Origin: Octopus sinensis
Lineage: Eukaryota
Direction of reading: 5' to 3'
NCBI RefSeq assembly: GCF_006345805.1
Contig: NW_021833417.1
Location: 62,001 to 126,000, forward strand
DNA: 64,000 nt
Position 1 is the first letter of the stretch, and each line of letters begins with the position of its first letter. The position numbers were made by a program, and so were the translations under genes. Shown in pieces: positions 24,374-36,685 of this stretch. The notes under the pieces are model-generated. The model ran no database searches. It saw nothing but the letters and a program-made list of their open reading frames with translations, and was not told the origin of the DNA.

Positions 24374-25831
24374 CAGGTGTTCTCAACCGGGGCGAATCGC
24401 TTCCCTACGGCAAAAATTTTGTAGAGGGGGCGATAATATATTTAATTAAATATTCGAATTTAAATATTATACAAGTATTTATACATGTTAATTTTAATAA
24501 TGTTTCAGATTTAAAACGCAAGTACCCAAATAAAATGTCAAAGCCTATTGAATACTTTCAAACTTTAAAATACAATTTTGAAAATAAGAAAACGATTAAA
24601 TCGTTATTCACAAAGCCAGTACATGATGGTTATTTAAGATTTATTTATATGTAGTTGTGGGTGTGTAGATCGCTTCTTATAAAATTGCTGAAATTATTGA
24701 GAAAACTTCCAGTTCTCATACTATCTAGCAATAATTCGATTCGTCGAAGAATTGATGAAATGGGTGATAATGTAAAAGAAATTCTTATTGAAAGACTGAA
24801 GCAAAGTAAGTTTTCTTTACAAATTGATGAAAACGTATTGTGGATAGTAGAGCTGTTTTAATGGGATTTGTGAGGTTATTTTCAAATCTGTAATAAAATT
24901 TAGGTATTTTGATAATGAATTTGTATTAAATGAGGATTTATTGTTTGTCGAATTATTGGAAACCTGTACGACTGGAATGTCACTATATTCCGTAGTAAAA
25001 GTGTTTTTTGAAACAAATGGAATAATATTTGAAAATTTGGCTTCCTGTGCGACGGATGGTCCTATGTCAATGGTTTGAAAATATAAGGGATTTGTTTCTC
25101 TTCTTAAAAAAGATTATCCATGGGTCATTACGGTTCATTATATTTTGCATCGGCATCAATTGTATCAAAGATTTTATGTCATGATTTACATAAATCTTTA
25201 AACATTGTAATCAAAACAATTAACAAAATAAAAACACGAAGCAAATGTGATCGTCTTTTTAGATGCTGGTGAAGATTTTATTTGACTTTTATTACACACG
25301 GAAGTAAAATGGCTTTCAAAAGGAAATGCTTTAGAAAGATTTGTTAATTTTTTCGATGCAATAGTCGCATTTTTCTAGACTGAAGAAGACTTGGTTTTGG
25401 CTGAAGAAATCATTTCACGAAAAAATGATATATTCTATTTGAATTGAATTTTTACAAAATTTAATGAAATTACTATTTTTCTTCAAGGAAATTTTGTCAA
25501 CATGATTGATTGCAAAAAAATAATGAAAACATTTGCAAGAAAATTATTGCTTTATCGACATAATTTTTCTATAAATCAGTTTAAAAACATTTCACAACTA
25601 TCTGAGATAAGTAAAATACTACTAAAGTTGAGCAGAATTAACAATATCATGGGTCTAACTAATAATTTTTAATAAAAATTTAATGTTTAATTTGATTTAT
25701 TGTTTTATATTTTGACTTTTGAGTTATATACAAAAAACAACCAATTAAAGGATAATGCACAAAAATTTTTAAATTGTATGTGGACAAAATATCTAAGGGG
25801 GCGATGAACAAAAAAAGGTTGCGAATGCCCG
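24374..25831 (+). mobile_element. Buster-type hAT transposon, internally deleted and degenerate
   Basis: Imperfect TIR CAGGTGTTCTCAACC / CGGGCATTCGCAACC; 8-bp TSD TCTTAGAC/TCTTAGTG (nnnTAnnn); RRIDEMGDNVKE, FSLQIDE, CATDG, HTEVKWLSKG. Confidence 0.85.
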
Positions 25832-26400
25832 TCTTAGTGAAAAGATAATAATAGTCGTAATTTTTATCGAAAAAGTGGTCGGATGGACTTGGAGAGTTTA
25901 TGTTCTTGGCTATTTTATTAAGATTAAAACGTAAATTCTTTGAATTACATTTGTCTGGTGATATGAATGCATGATTCTTTTTAGTTTTGTCGAGAAAAAA
26001 GTGAAATTTATTTATTTATAACCCCCAAGCTTGCACAACATGGCAAGCCCAGCACAAACAGTCACAACTAACTAATCAAATGAAGGAGCAAGGAACGAAG
26101 GGATTGCTTGTGCCGATCACGATCAAAAAAAAAGTGAAATAGAAACATTAAAAGTATTTTTTGTTAAAAAAAACTTTTTAGAATTAGAGCTGAATAGTTA
26201 AAAAATTGACCACAATAATTCCATTAATAATGTTTAATTGGTTCCATTAATTTATATTGTTATATTCATCGATTACTCTCAGCTTTTTGACTAAAGTAGC
26301 TAGTTATTCAAATTTTATTACGAAGGCTTAATTTTTATTGTACTCGAATTAATCTTACATATAAAGTGTTTTATTAAAACTAATCTTTGAATAACACACA

Positions 26401-27608
26401 ATGGAGGCTGAAATATCTAAATATAAAAAACTCTGCAAAAAATATAATGCATCCGAGCTTACAATTTCCAAGAGCCAGCTTGGATCTGAAGAAGTTAACC
26501 TGAATGGATACAGTCTTACTGAAACTGATCTCAAATGTTTTTTCCTATCTTGGGATGTCGAATTTGTGATTTAACAAGTTAGAATTCTTTGATAAAACTT
26601 CAAAAACTCAATTTAAATGGGACTAAGATAGCCGACGATTTGGTTCAATTTTTGTCAAATTTCATCCAAAAGGCGACTTGCTTAACTTCACTGGTTTATA
26701 ATATTTTCAAATTCTTTAGAGTCTTGAAAATTGTTTGATTGGAAATAAATTGCGTCTTGTTTTAGACTCGCTGAAAAATAAAAAACTTGAAGATTTAAAT
26801 CTTTCAGGTTTATTGTCAAATCTTATTTATAGGGAATGTAATTAAGGAATCGACCATGACTAGTTTAATTGAGAATTTGCAGGTTTAAAATACACCAATC
26901 ATTTCAAGCACCAGGAAACTCTTTTGAAACTTACATTGTCAAAATGTTCGATAGAAAACAGTTCTGTTCAATTATTGGCATCTTATTTACGTACTTCTAA
27001 GTGTAAATAATAAATAGTCAAGAATCGCTCGATTAAATCCGTTGACCTTAGCTGGAATAAAATTTCGAAAAATGGTTCCGTTTCAATATCAGAAATTTTT
27101 ATGGTCTCTTTTATGTTTTTTTTTAATTGAAAGAAAAATCAATGTATTAAATTTTGAATGTTTCAATGAATGGGTTTGGATTGGAAGCTTGTCAGAAATT
27201 TTGCTTTTCACTGAGAAATACAAATTCATTAAACGTTTTAGATCTTTCCTATAATCATTTGGATTCCAAAAGTCTAAATTTTTTACTAAATGGTCTTAAC
27301 TACAACAGTTCTGTTGAAACTTTAATTGTAAAGCCGAGTAATTTTATTTAAAGCTTACGGGGAATTCCTTTGATACCAACGGTCCGATCATGATCTTGAA
27401 AATGTTGAAATTTTCAACAATGTCAGTTTTATCCAAAGTTGAAATTGATGTATATAAATTTATTGAAATCTTTCAGAATAGTGCAGTCAATTCAGAGTTC
27501 GAAAAATTGTACTCAGAGCTCGATCTAAAAAGGAAAATCGAGATTTTCTATGTAAAAAAACTTTTTAACTCAATAATTTTGAAAAACAATAAGCAAATAA
27601 TATTTTAA
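26401..27608 (+). CDS. RI-type leucine-rich-repeat protein, LRRC74-like; about 9 exons; one 1-nt deletion near 27150
   Basis: LNLNG, VDLSWNKI, LNVSMNGFG, LDLSYNHL repeats joined by 25-31 nt introns. The duplicate copy has the missing A at about 60803. Confidence 0.75.
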
Positions 27609-27876
27609 AAATTCCTTAATTGAACAAAGAACTGGATGTATGTTTTATTAAAATAAAATTTAATTTGAAAAAGTTCGTCTTTGTATTGTATCATTAATAT
27701 CAATTTCGAGAATTTTTTTATTTAATGCATTAAAACAATTCCTGATCATTCCTTTAGATAAGACAGTATTCCGTATTGTAAAAAGATCGTATCCTCTAAA
27801 TTCTATTTTTACAATTAATTATGAACAAAATTTCTCCTTTTTGTTGTAAAAATATAAAGCTTTGTTCGAACAAATA

Positions 27877-28478
27877 TCAATATCGTAAGAAGTAGTCAAT
27901 TACTGTACTAAAAGCAGCAAATCCAATTGCCCCGAAGAGACCAGGCTTAAATCCGGCTAATTTATTAATACTTGGCAAACCTCTAAAACCCAGCAATCCC
28001 CCAGTAATTCCCCCTGCGGCAGTTCCATTGATAAGTTCGCTCTTGCCACGATACTGCGAGAATAGAATGACATGTCTAACGCTCTCAATCGAACATTCAA
28101 TTCCCGAAAATAGAAATCCAACCACGGAAAAATTCCTGGCATACGACCAAGAACGAGATTTCATGTCGTTCAGTACAGATCGGAAGGTCTGTGTCTGTGA
28201 AGTCGACGGGGGTTCCAATCCGACAGAAAAAACGCCAAAAAGTGACCCGAGTCCAAGACCAAAGAATCTCAGTTAATTTCATTACCAGCAAAATAGCTCA
28301 AAACAGCACGAAATGGACATGATTCAGTCAGCTGCATGATTACTTGCTGTTCGTTTGGTATTGGTGGTTTCCTTAAATACGGTTTACTTAGAACATGGTC
28401 TATGTTTTCACGTTGATTTCCAAAATAATTTTTAATGAGGTGGTTATATAATTTTGGAACATCGGCATGTGAATCCAT
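27877..28478 (-). CDS. TIMM22: Mitochondrial inner-membrane translocase subunit Tim22; 4 exons
   Basis: ESCPFRAVL, LFGVF, DMKSRSWSYARNF, ECSIES-YRG, GGITGGLLGFR-AG, GFAAFSTVIDYFLR*. True start is the ATG at 28478 (the ORF track uses an upstream GTG). Confidence 0.93.
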
Positions 28479-29899
28479 ATAACGTGCAACACTTTTCACC
28501 TCGTTATTTAAATGTGAATCATATTTATTACCATAATTATCATCAGAATATAACTTTTTTATTAACGGAAATTAAACCCTTATGCTGAGTGAATTTTCAA
28601 GCAATTCTCGCGATTGATAACTAGGCAGATACGCTAGAAAAGCCAGCTAGTCTCTCTAGGCCTGCGAGTTCCTTCAAATGCTTTTATGGGCCTTCACTTT
28701 GAAAACTTGGCTGGTTTCAACAGCAATGAGCAAAAAGATTTAACGATTTTCAGTATGCTGACTCAGAAGAACAGGCAGAGTTAATCAAATTATATTTGTC
28801 GAAAAGTTCAACCTGGATGACATCTCAGACGAGGCATTTGCCCTCAGCCAATTTAAATATTTCGAAACGTAATTTTAAATGCAGTATTCATTTTTGACAT
28901 TATTCAAAAATTAAAGATTATTCTATCTTTGATGCATTTTTCAGAGTTACCGCAGGTCCATTCGACAACACGCAATCAATAAAGTCATCTCACGTACTCA
29001 GAGTCGGCGGCATCACTTACTCAGCTGGAACCCATCGACTAAGAAAACAAAGATAGAAATTTTTTCTTATCAAGTTTTGTAAGATTTTAATTTTTAAAAA
29101 GACATGTTCCATTTTATTATTGAAATGAAAATCTTATATTAAAATAAAAAATCATTAAAATTTACTTTCTGTTTAAATCATCAATGATTTATCCACTTAA
29201 GTTTTTGAAGGTTTAAATATGCTTGAAATTGATTATTTATCATTTTTGAGTTTTAATAAATTAACATTACGAACAAAATTAACAATATCAATGTATGAAT
29301 CCCACTGATGAGACGGTAAATTTATTTGTAGATAGAGCTATCAAACATAATAAAGTCTAGTAAAAGTAAGAAAATTCAGATGAGCACAAATTTGAACCAA
29401 GTACGTATTTCTTTCATATTTAACAGCCTTTTAATAGTTTTTTCTTTATGACTCTTTCCCGATGTAATGACTAGTTTTCTTGTTATAATAAATAAAAATT
29501 AGTTATTGGCCATATGTTATCAACTTATATTTTGTCTCAAGTATTATGACAAATGCGACAAACATATCGTTTTTATTGAGTTAATTTATTAAAATTGCGT
29601 ATTCACAAGTATAGTGACTGTTACCTCCAACAATATTTGGTAATTATCATTATTCATTGATTATAAGAATCACATTAATTAGATTATTCATGTTTATTAA
29701 TATCTTTGTATTTAAATATATTTGGCCTCGCAATAGTTTAGTTTTGTGCAATACTAGTTTAGAAAATTATGTATTAGTAAAATAATTCTATAGGTGCCAA
29801 TAAATATAGATTTTTTTTCACAGCTGATAAGTATTCAATTTTGATAATGGCATTAGTTGACGTTTATTTATAATTATTAATTTTTTGCTTATTTTAGAA

Positions 29900-31510
29900 A
29901 TGAAAATAACAATTTTCCTGGTTTTCTACTCAAGCATGGGATTCAAAAATTATTTATATTTTCAAATTCCTGAAGAATCTAAACCGGCAACATTCGTTGG
30001 AGCCATTTCCAGCCAATCTAACAAACAATCAGGAAACGTCATGAAATTTTATAAACTGACAAATAATATTGAGAGCAGTTATTTTATTATAAACAAAACA
30101 ACTGGAATTATTACAACAGCTTCAATCATTTTACGTGAAAGTATAATTCGGTGCCGTGGACAAAAAAAATGTGTTGTAGAATTTAAAGCAAGTTCTATTT
30201 CAAAACAGGAGTTCAGAGTCTATGTGATACAAATCAATATATGTGATGTTAATAACAATGCTCCAACTTTTTACCCAAATTACATTTCGCATGAAATTGA
30301 AGACTTAGTGAATGACGTTTTGATACAACTCCCTTCTCCTTATGACTACGACAGTCCTAAATTTGGCATTAGAACATGTTTTCTGGAAAATTCAGAAAAT
30401 TGGACATCAATTTTGGTAACTAAAATGAATTCGGGACAATATAACCTTAAACTTAAGGTTTATGTTAATTTAACATACTCTAATTCGAAACTTGTAACTA
30501 TTCAGTGTTTGGATTGGGGATATCCCCCTTTAAAGGGACGACTTTTTGTACATCTCATTTTTAAAAAAACAGTTATTTGCTCGAAGCCAATTTTTGAATA
30601 CAAAAAATTAAGAATTTCAGTAAAAAACAAAACAGATTCTAATCCATTTATAATTACAAAACTGGCTGCAGTCAGAAATTCAAGTTTCCGTGGGAAAGAA
30701 GAATACAAATCACAGATTTTGGCTTACAAGATCATTGGAAATACGGTTTTTAAAATTGATCCAGTAAACGGAACAGTTTATGGTTATATTGATGAAATGG
30801 GACACTTTTTTAATTCTGGAAAACTTTTGATGCTTAATGCAAGTGTTTGTTGTGGAATTATGTGTGACTATTGTGAAATATATATTAAATTCGAGCGAAT
30901 TACAAGGAAAACAGAAAATTCCTTTGGTTTTGAAAATTATATAAACATCTTTCTCGAAAAGGAAAAGTTTAGTGTTTCCAGAAAATCAGCAAATGGAACT
31001 ATTCTTGGCTATGTAGTAATTGATAGCAATTCTCATGCTTCTGCCCGATGTAGAATTTTTTCTTCAAGTCAAATTGTTATTCAAAAATTGACAAATACCA
31101 CATTCGTAATTCTCAATATCTTAGATAATGAGAATACTATATTTAATATGACCAAATGTTTTGAATTAGAGTGCAAAATTACAAACAAATTATTTCGCTC
31201 AAAAATTATTTGTGTTAATATTACAGAAAATGCAGTCTCGCCCGGGATTATAAAATTTCTAAAAAACAAGTTTTCAAGTTATGTATTTATTCTTGTTACA
31301 ACATCACTTGGAATATTTTTTTCAATTTTTTTTCTTTTTATTTTCATTCGATATAGTCGTTACCATTTCAAAGTAAATTTCATGTTACCAATTTAGAATG
31401 ACCGAAAACACAACTTTGTTAATTCGAATAATTCAAATAAATATCCCGACTGTATTAAACAATTAAATTTTCCTTACTGCGATAGTAGGGGATATAATTA
31501 CGGGAAATAA
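29900..31510 (+). CDS. Protocadherin-like type I membrane protein with degenerate cadherin repeats
   Basis: Signal peptide; QIPEESKPATFVG, ILRE..C....C, ICDVNNNAPTF, DWGYPPLKG; ectodomain and TM on one exon; 24-nt intron before the cytoplasmic exon; the 3' end may extend further. Confidence 0.75.
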
Positions 31511-32170
31511 AAATAAAGCTAACACCAATTATATATATGATGATATATACAATTTTTATGTTTGTTCCTTCGAAAATACTAAAATAGGTCAACCGAGTCA
31601 CTGGGATTTTTCACATCCACATAAATCGTTGTCAGTGAATTTCGATAGGGTCTCGATCAGTATTTGTTAACCAATACCTGATTCTTAACTCTCTGACAAT
31701 TCCTTCAAATTCCTAACTAGTTTTTGTAAACAGAATCGCATTCACTTACAAAAAAGTCATCAACAGATAAGACGATAATCATTCGAGCAGACTGGTTATC
31801 TAATTGAAAGATTAAATAAGCGCCCCAGTACATAACCACTCTGAAATCGAGAGAGAATCAAGATATGGGTTATTGCTTCATCAAACATATTTCAGAGCCA
31901 AAAGGAAGTATTCTAAACATGAGATAGTCTTCGGTAACTCAGATGGTCAGTAATTTGCAATTACAAGTACATATTCATGTATCATTTGCAGTCTTGGGTG
32001 GCGTGTGGGGACAATACCGAGTGAAGATAAGGTCGCTTGTGAAGTGCGTCAGGATAACGTGATTAATTTGTTTTGTTTTTACCGTGTCTTTGTTAAATAA
32101 AACTTAAAACGAGTGAGTTAATTTATTAATTTGTTTGATTAATGTATAAAAATTAATTCTAGCAAAATCA

Positions 32171-33276
32171 ATGTGGTATTCCTCATGGGGGTTTGACGAC
32201 ATTGAATTATTAGAAGATAAAATAATTTTTTCGAGTCATTTTATAATTGATAAATTATTCAGAACTAAAATCTCCTTCTCGACGATTTTTTATAGAACTC
32301 AAGAACGGCAATAAAATTTGGACTGTCTCCTTCAACGAAACAAATCCGAACATTCCCCTCGTACTTGTACATGGCTATGCCGGTTCAATCGGAATTTGGG
32401 CCTCAAACTTTGACAATTTATCATTCGACCGTCCGGTGTATGCTTTTGATCTGATCGGCTTCGGATCGAGCAGTAGATGTGATTTCCCAGCTGACCCACA
32501 TGAGATTGAGAGTTTTTTTATCTCCACAATTCATGAATGGACATGTGCCCTCAAATTGGAAAGATTTCATTTGCTTGGTCACAGCTTTGGTGGCTATCTT
32601 GTTTATTTCGAAAGTAATAGTCTAGGCTACTCTGTATTGGGTCAAATATCCGAATAGAGTGGCCGAACTGATCTTGGCTGATCCGTGGGGATTTGATTCC
32701 AGACCAAGCGACGACGAAATCAAGCCTCGGCCTTCTCTGGTCACCAGATTTATGTACAATTACGTCAACTCGATGTCACTTTTAAGAATTTTTGGTATTT
32801 TCGGTTGCTCATGAAAAATACTTACGAAACAATTTAGGAAATTACATATTGAATTACTCTCGGCCAAGATTAATTACAAATTTTGAGCAAGCGGGTTATC
32901 CTCGAATGGGAGAATATATATGCATGTCTAACGGGCATTCCAACCCATGGTTTCCTTCCGTGGCTTTATTTTAGTGGGGAATATGCATTTCATGGACTGA
33001 CGACGCTCTATAACTATGCTCTCAATCCATTAGCGGGGAGAATCGAGGCATATAAAGATAAATTTAGTGCAGCCTTTATCTATGGGGATATGTCTGGGAT
33101 TAGTCGAGTTTCAGTTAAAATTATGGCTCAATCGCCGGATTATAATATTACATTATACGTGAGTGGTTTTCTGGAATTTGCAGACATTGAATGGGGCAGA
33201 TCACCATTTGTATTTACATCCGGACTTTGATGGCATTGTTAATAATATCTGCCGGGGGAAGTGCTATTCCGTTTAA
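32171..33276 (+). CDS. ABHD4: Alpha/beta hydrolase ABHD4/ABHD5-like; 6 exons
   Basis: PLVLVHGY, VYAFDLIGFGSSSR, GHSFGGYL (Ser nucleophile), KYPNRV..LILADPWGF, GADHH; introns 25-34 nt. Confidence 0.88.
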
Positions 33277-33883
33277 TTATAGTCCTGCCATTCGATTATT
33301 AATGTAATGGACTGGTGCAAGCAATTGCTTTCATATGCAGTTTTATTTCTTAATTTGTCCGATATTTTAATGGTCTGAAATCAAGAAATTAGTAAATTTT
33401 ATAAAAAACTTGTTGGGAAAAAAGAGGAATGAAATAGAAAGCATGAAATGTTTTTTGGAAGATTCATACTTTTACCCACTGCAAAGATGTAAGAATTTTG
33501 GGTGGTTTTCGTCGTCCTTTGAGTAGAGGGTTTTTAGAAACCTTGAGAAATTGAATTTAGCTAAAGAGAACAGTAGAAGTAGGTGTGTTTTCTGACTGAA
33601 ACAAATCTATTGCAACGTCTGAGGAATACTGTGGCAGGACAAGGCACATTTTGAAAAGTTTGGTCATGAAATTGTTGTGATGTAATTTATTTATGGGTAG
33701 GAAAAACGTCAAGACAGGAAAAATTATTTCATTTATCCCATTAAAAGTTAAACATGTCAAATATCAAGTTGAACAAAAAGAAGAGCATTTCGAAAATGAT
33801 TTTTCCCTAATCTTTAAATAAAGCTTTTCTTATAAAACACAAAAATAAACAAGAAACGCCAATTTACTGAAACTCGAATAGTT

Positions 33884-34673
33884 TTAATTATTAAAGGATC
33901 CATAATCGTCGCCAATCAAATTTAGCGAGTCTGCAGACACAACGAAGGGTCCCTCTTGTCTGGACACACCCGGAGTGACCACAGTCAAGTAATACTACAC
34001 TAAACAGTGCACACCAACCTTGGGGACATAGAGAGAACATCGTGCACTCAATGCTTTGTAGCACGTCTCGATTGCCTTCTTCACATCCTCCTCCGATCCA
34101 TTCGGGAAATTGGGAACTTGGCGCAAAATGGATTCGGACATTTGGCGGGCAAAAGCAGTGTCGACCACGTCATTTTCAAAGGAGACTCCTCGTTCGTTGA
34201 CCATCCCCAAAAACCTTGTCATGTCGAGGAAACATACTTTGAGCCATCAGGGGAGAACCCGGCGACAGCGAAGGCACACAAAATAGGCTTGAGTTTACTT
34301 CTGCGCATATAAAGGAATCTTTCCAGATATGAAAAGAGCATTTTCACGTCGACCGAATGCCCGTCCTTCAAAACGGAGTATTCCGAACTAATTTTATTTA
34401 TTTATTACTCACATCATTCTTTCCATCAGAGAAATGACGTGCTGAGAATCGGCCAAATCTCCGGAGTACCCAACGACACTGCTGGGGTTTAGTTGGGAGA
34501 ATCGAGGCACATCCGAGATTTGAATGAGTGAACCGTGGTATATATTTCCACAGTCGGCAGCCAATATTATTCCGTCTTTGAACTTGCAGCCAATCACTCC
34601 CGTTTGATAAATTCCGATACTAGTTTATGTTTTATTTGTTGCGGGTATTTTAATTACAATATTACCCACCTCA
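33884..34673 (-). CDS. PSMB4: Proteasome subunit beta type-4 (beta7), divergent; 5 exons
   Basis: GVIGCKFKDGIILAAD, VGYSGDLAD, LYMRRSKLKP, FLGMVN..GVSFE, EGPF; introns of 49, 25, 23 and 24 nt. Confidence 0.85.
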
Positions 34674-34949
34674 TATGTATAGTGTGTTTCTCTGTCTATT
34701 TAAAAATATTTTAATGTTGATTTACTAAGTTTAAAATAACAAAATACACTAAGTTATAAATCAAGGGAACTACACAACGAGTATCGAATCATCCCCTTTC
34801 CATCAGAATCTCATCATTATGGCCAGAAGTTCGGTATTCATTAGACTTTGAATTTGATTCACAAATATTATCACGTAGAGGTTATCCGATTAAGTCGTGT
34901 CCGACTATTGGAGATCGAATAAGCCAATATTTAAAAGTCAGAATATATG

Positions 34950-35900
34950 ACGAAATCGTCAGAACGATAAAACCACTGCCAATCCAGTGAAACTCCTTTA
35001 CTCAAAGCAGGTTAAGACGCCCGCATATGTGTATACAACTCATACACAACCTCAAAGAACTCGGATAAAATTATTAGCATCAACAATGCGGAAGAATGCA
35101 GAAAAACGTGGATAGACTAGACTCCTTTTACCATAATGATCTACACGAGTATAAAAACATTCTTCTTTATACTAATTGCTGGCGAATGGAATGCAAAAGC
35201 AGGAAAAGACCACGACAAGAAATGTTTATGGGAGACATGAACGAAAAAACACACCAGGTGACAGCATACTACTACATGCGGTACGTCATAAAACCGGGAC
35301 TAGAAAAAACAAAAAGTGAATACACTAACATTTATAACCAAATTGATTAATTTGCAGACAATAAGAAAAACTGGGCACTTGTACTGGAGAGCGAAAACAC
35401 CAGCGACTAGGAAACAAAGGAACAAGTACAAACAGAAATTAGGAAAGTATCGACAACAATCAAGTATGTAAAAACTTATTGAACTCTCGAATGTCAGAAG
35501 ATGATCTGGAAAATGGTGGACAGATGTACAGAACACACGAAAACAGCCAAACTCAACAAAATTGGAACACTACTATAGAGAAGACATCATAAGGAGAATA
35601 ATGCTGTCGACTGTCGGACTACATGGCTAGGAAAGTTTTATGTGCCAAGTTATACACTGCTTTTGTTAAACCTATACTTTTGTACAACAGAAAAGGGGCA
35701 TCTGAGTCTGAACTAAAATACCGCACAAGACAGTTAAGATTTTTTATCACATAAACTGGTCGAAGAAAATCAAAACTCTTCTCTATCCCCCATCAGTAGA
35801 CCCTTCACCTTGGACATTACTCGTTGGGGTCTATTCAGCCTTCAGAGGACGTCCACGGACAACATACACATCTGGTAGCCAATCAATACCTTTTAATTTA
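34950..35900 (+). pseudogene. Highly degenerate RTE-like LINE remnant
   Basis: LIAGEWNAKAG (EN) and FRGRPRT (C-terminus) resemble the RTE at 16790-21020; many stops. Confidence 0.5.
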
Positions 35901-35996
35901 TTGTTGGGGATAAACTATAGAAAAAACAAATTATAGTAACGTCTAAACCACAGTTTGGTTTCACTGAGGTGGAAAGGAAGTTGGAGTATAATGTTT

Positions 35997-36685
35997 ATTA
36001 TTATTATTATTTGCAACATACGTAGAATCATATTAGTTAATTTTACTCGTGCAGCATTAAAAACAATCCTTTGAACCAGCCTCCTCCAACTCTCTGTCGT
36101 GAGCGAGTTTCCTCAGCTCGTCCAGATCCTCACCACTCCTTAGCTTTTCTTCACACATTTCAGGTCTCCGTCAAGTTTTCCGGCAGCGTAACACGTGGAC
36201 TCCACGGAAGCTCGATCCCTCTTTCAGGAAGTAGCCCTCCATTGCTATGTTAGCTGGGGCAAGCATGTCCATTCGTAAATATGGCCAAATAACCTCCACC
36301 GCATATTAACGATTCCACACTCGAGGGCCATTTCTGCATCTATTGTATAGCGATCCTGGTTGATTCTTATAGGCCAGTTCAATCCCAGTAGGGATCTAAG
36401 TTGCCTGCGGTGAAAAGAATCGAGTCCACGTTGTGTTCAGTACTAGACATTCCCCAGGTCGCCGAATTATATGTTGGATTGGTTTGACAAAGGCTTCATA
36501 CATCCTCAGACAAGTGACGTACAGATCGTCGTTTGCCGATCCACTCTTTCTTTATCTTGTTCATCGTGGCCCAAGCGAGAGCCTTTCTTCTGACAATATC
36601 ATGGCCGTCCCAAGTAGAGAACCAAGTTTGTTCGTTTTGGCGCCAGGCTTCACTTGAGCTGCTCTCCATCCTCATGATTTTCAAC
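35997..36685 (-). mobile_element. 5'-truncated RTE copy with (TAA)n tail and 13-bp TSD
   Basis: Near-identical to about 20320-21020; TSD GAGTATAATGTTT at 35984-35996 and 36686-36698. Confidence 0.93.

Noticed and set aside
28580-29050. Moderately GC-rich stretch upstream of TIMM22 with splice-like sites
   Set aside because: No consistent exon chain could be built on either strand; left unannotated.
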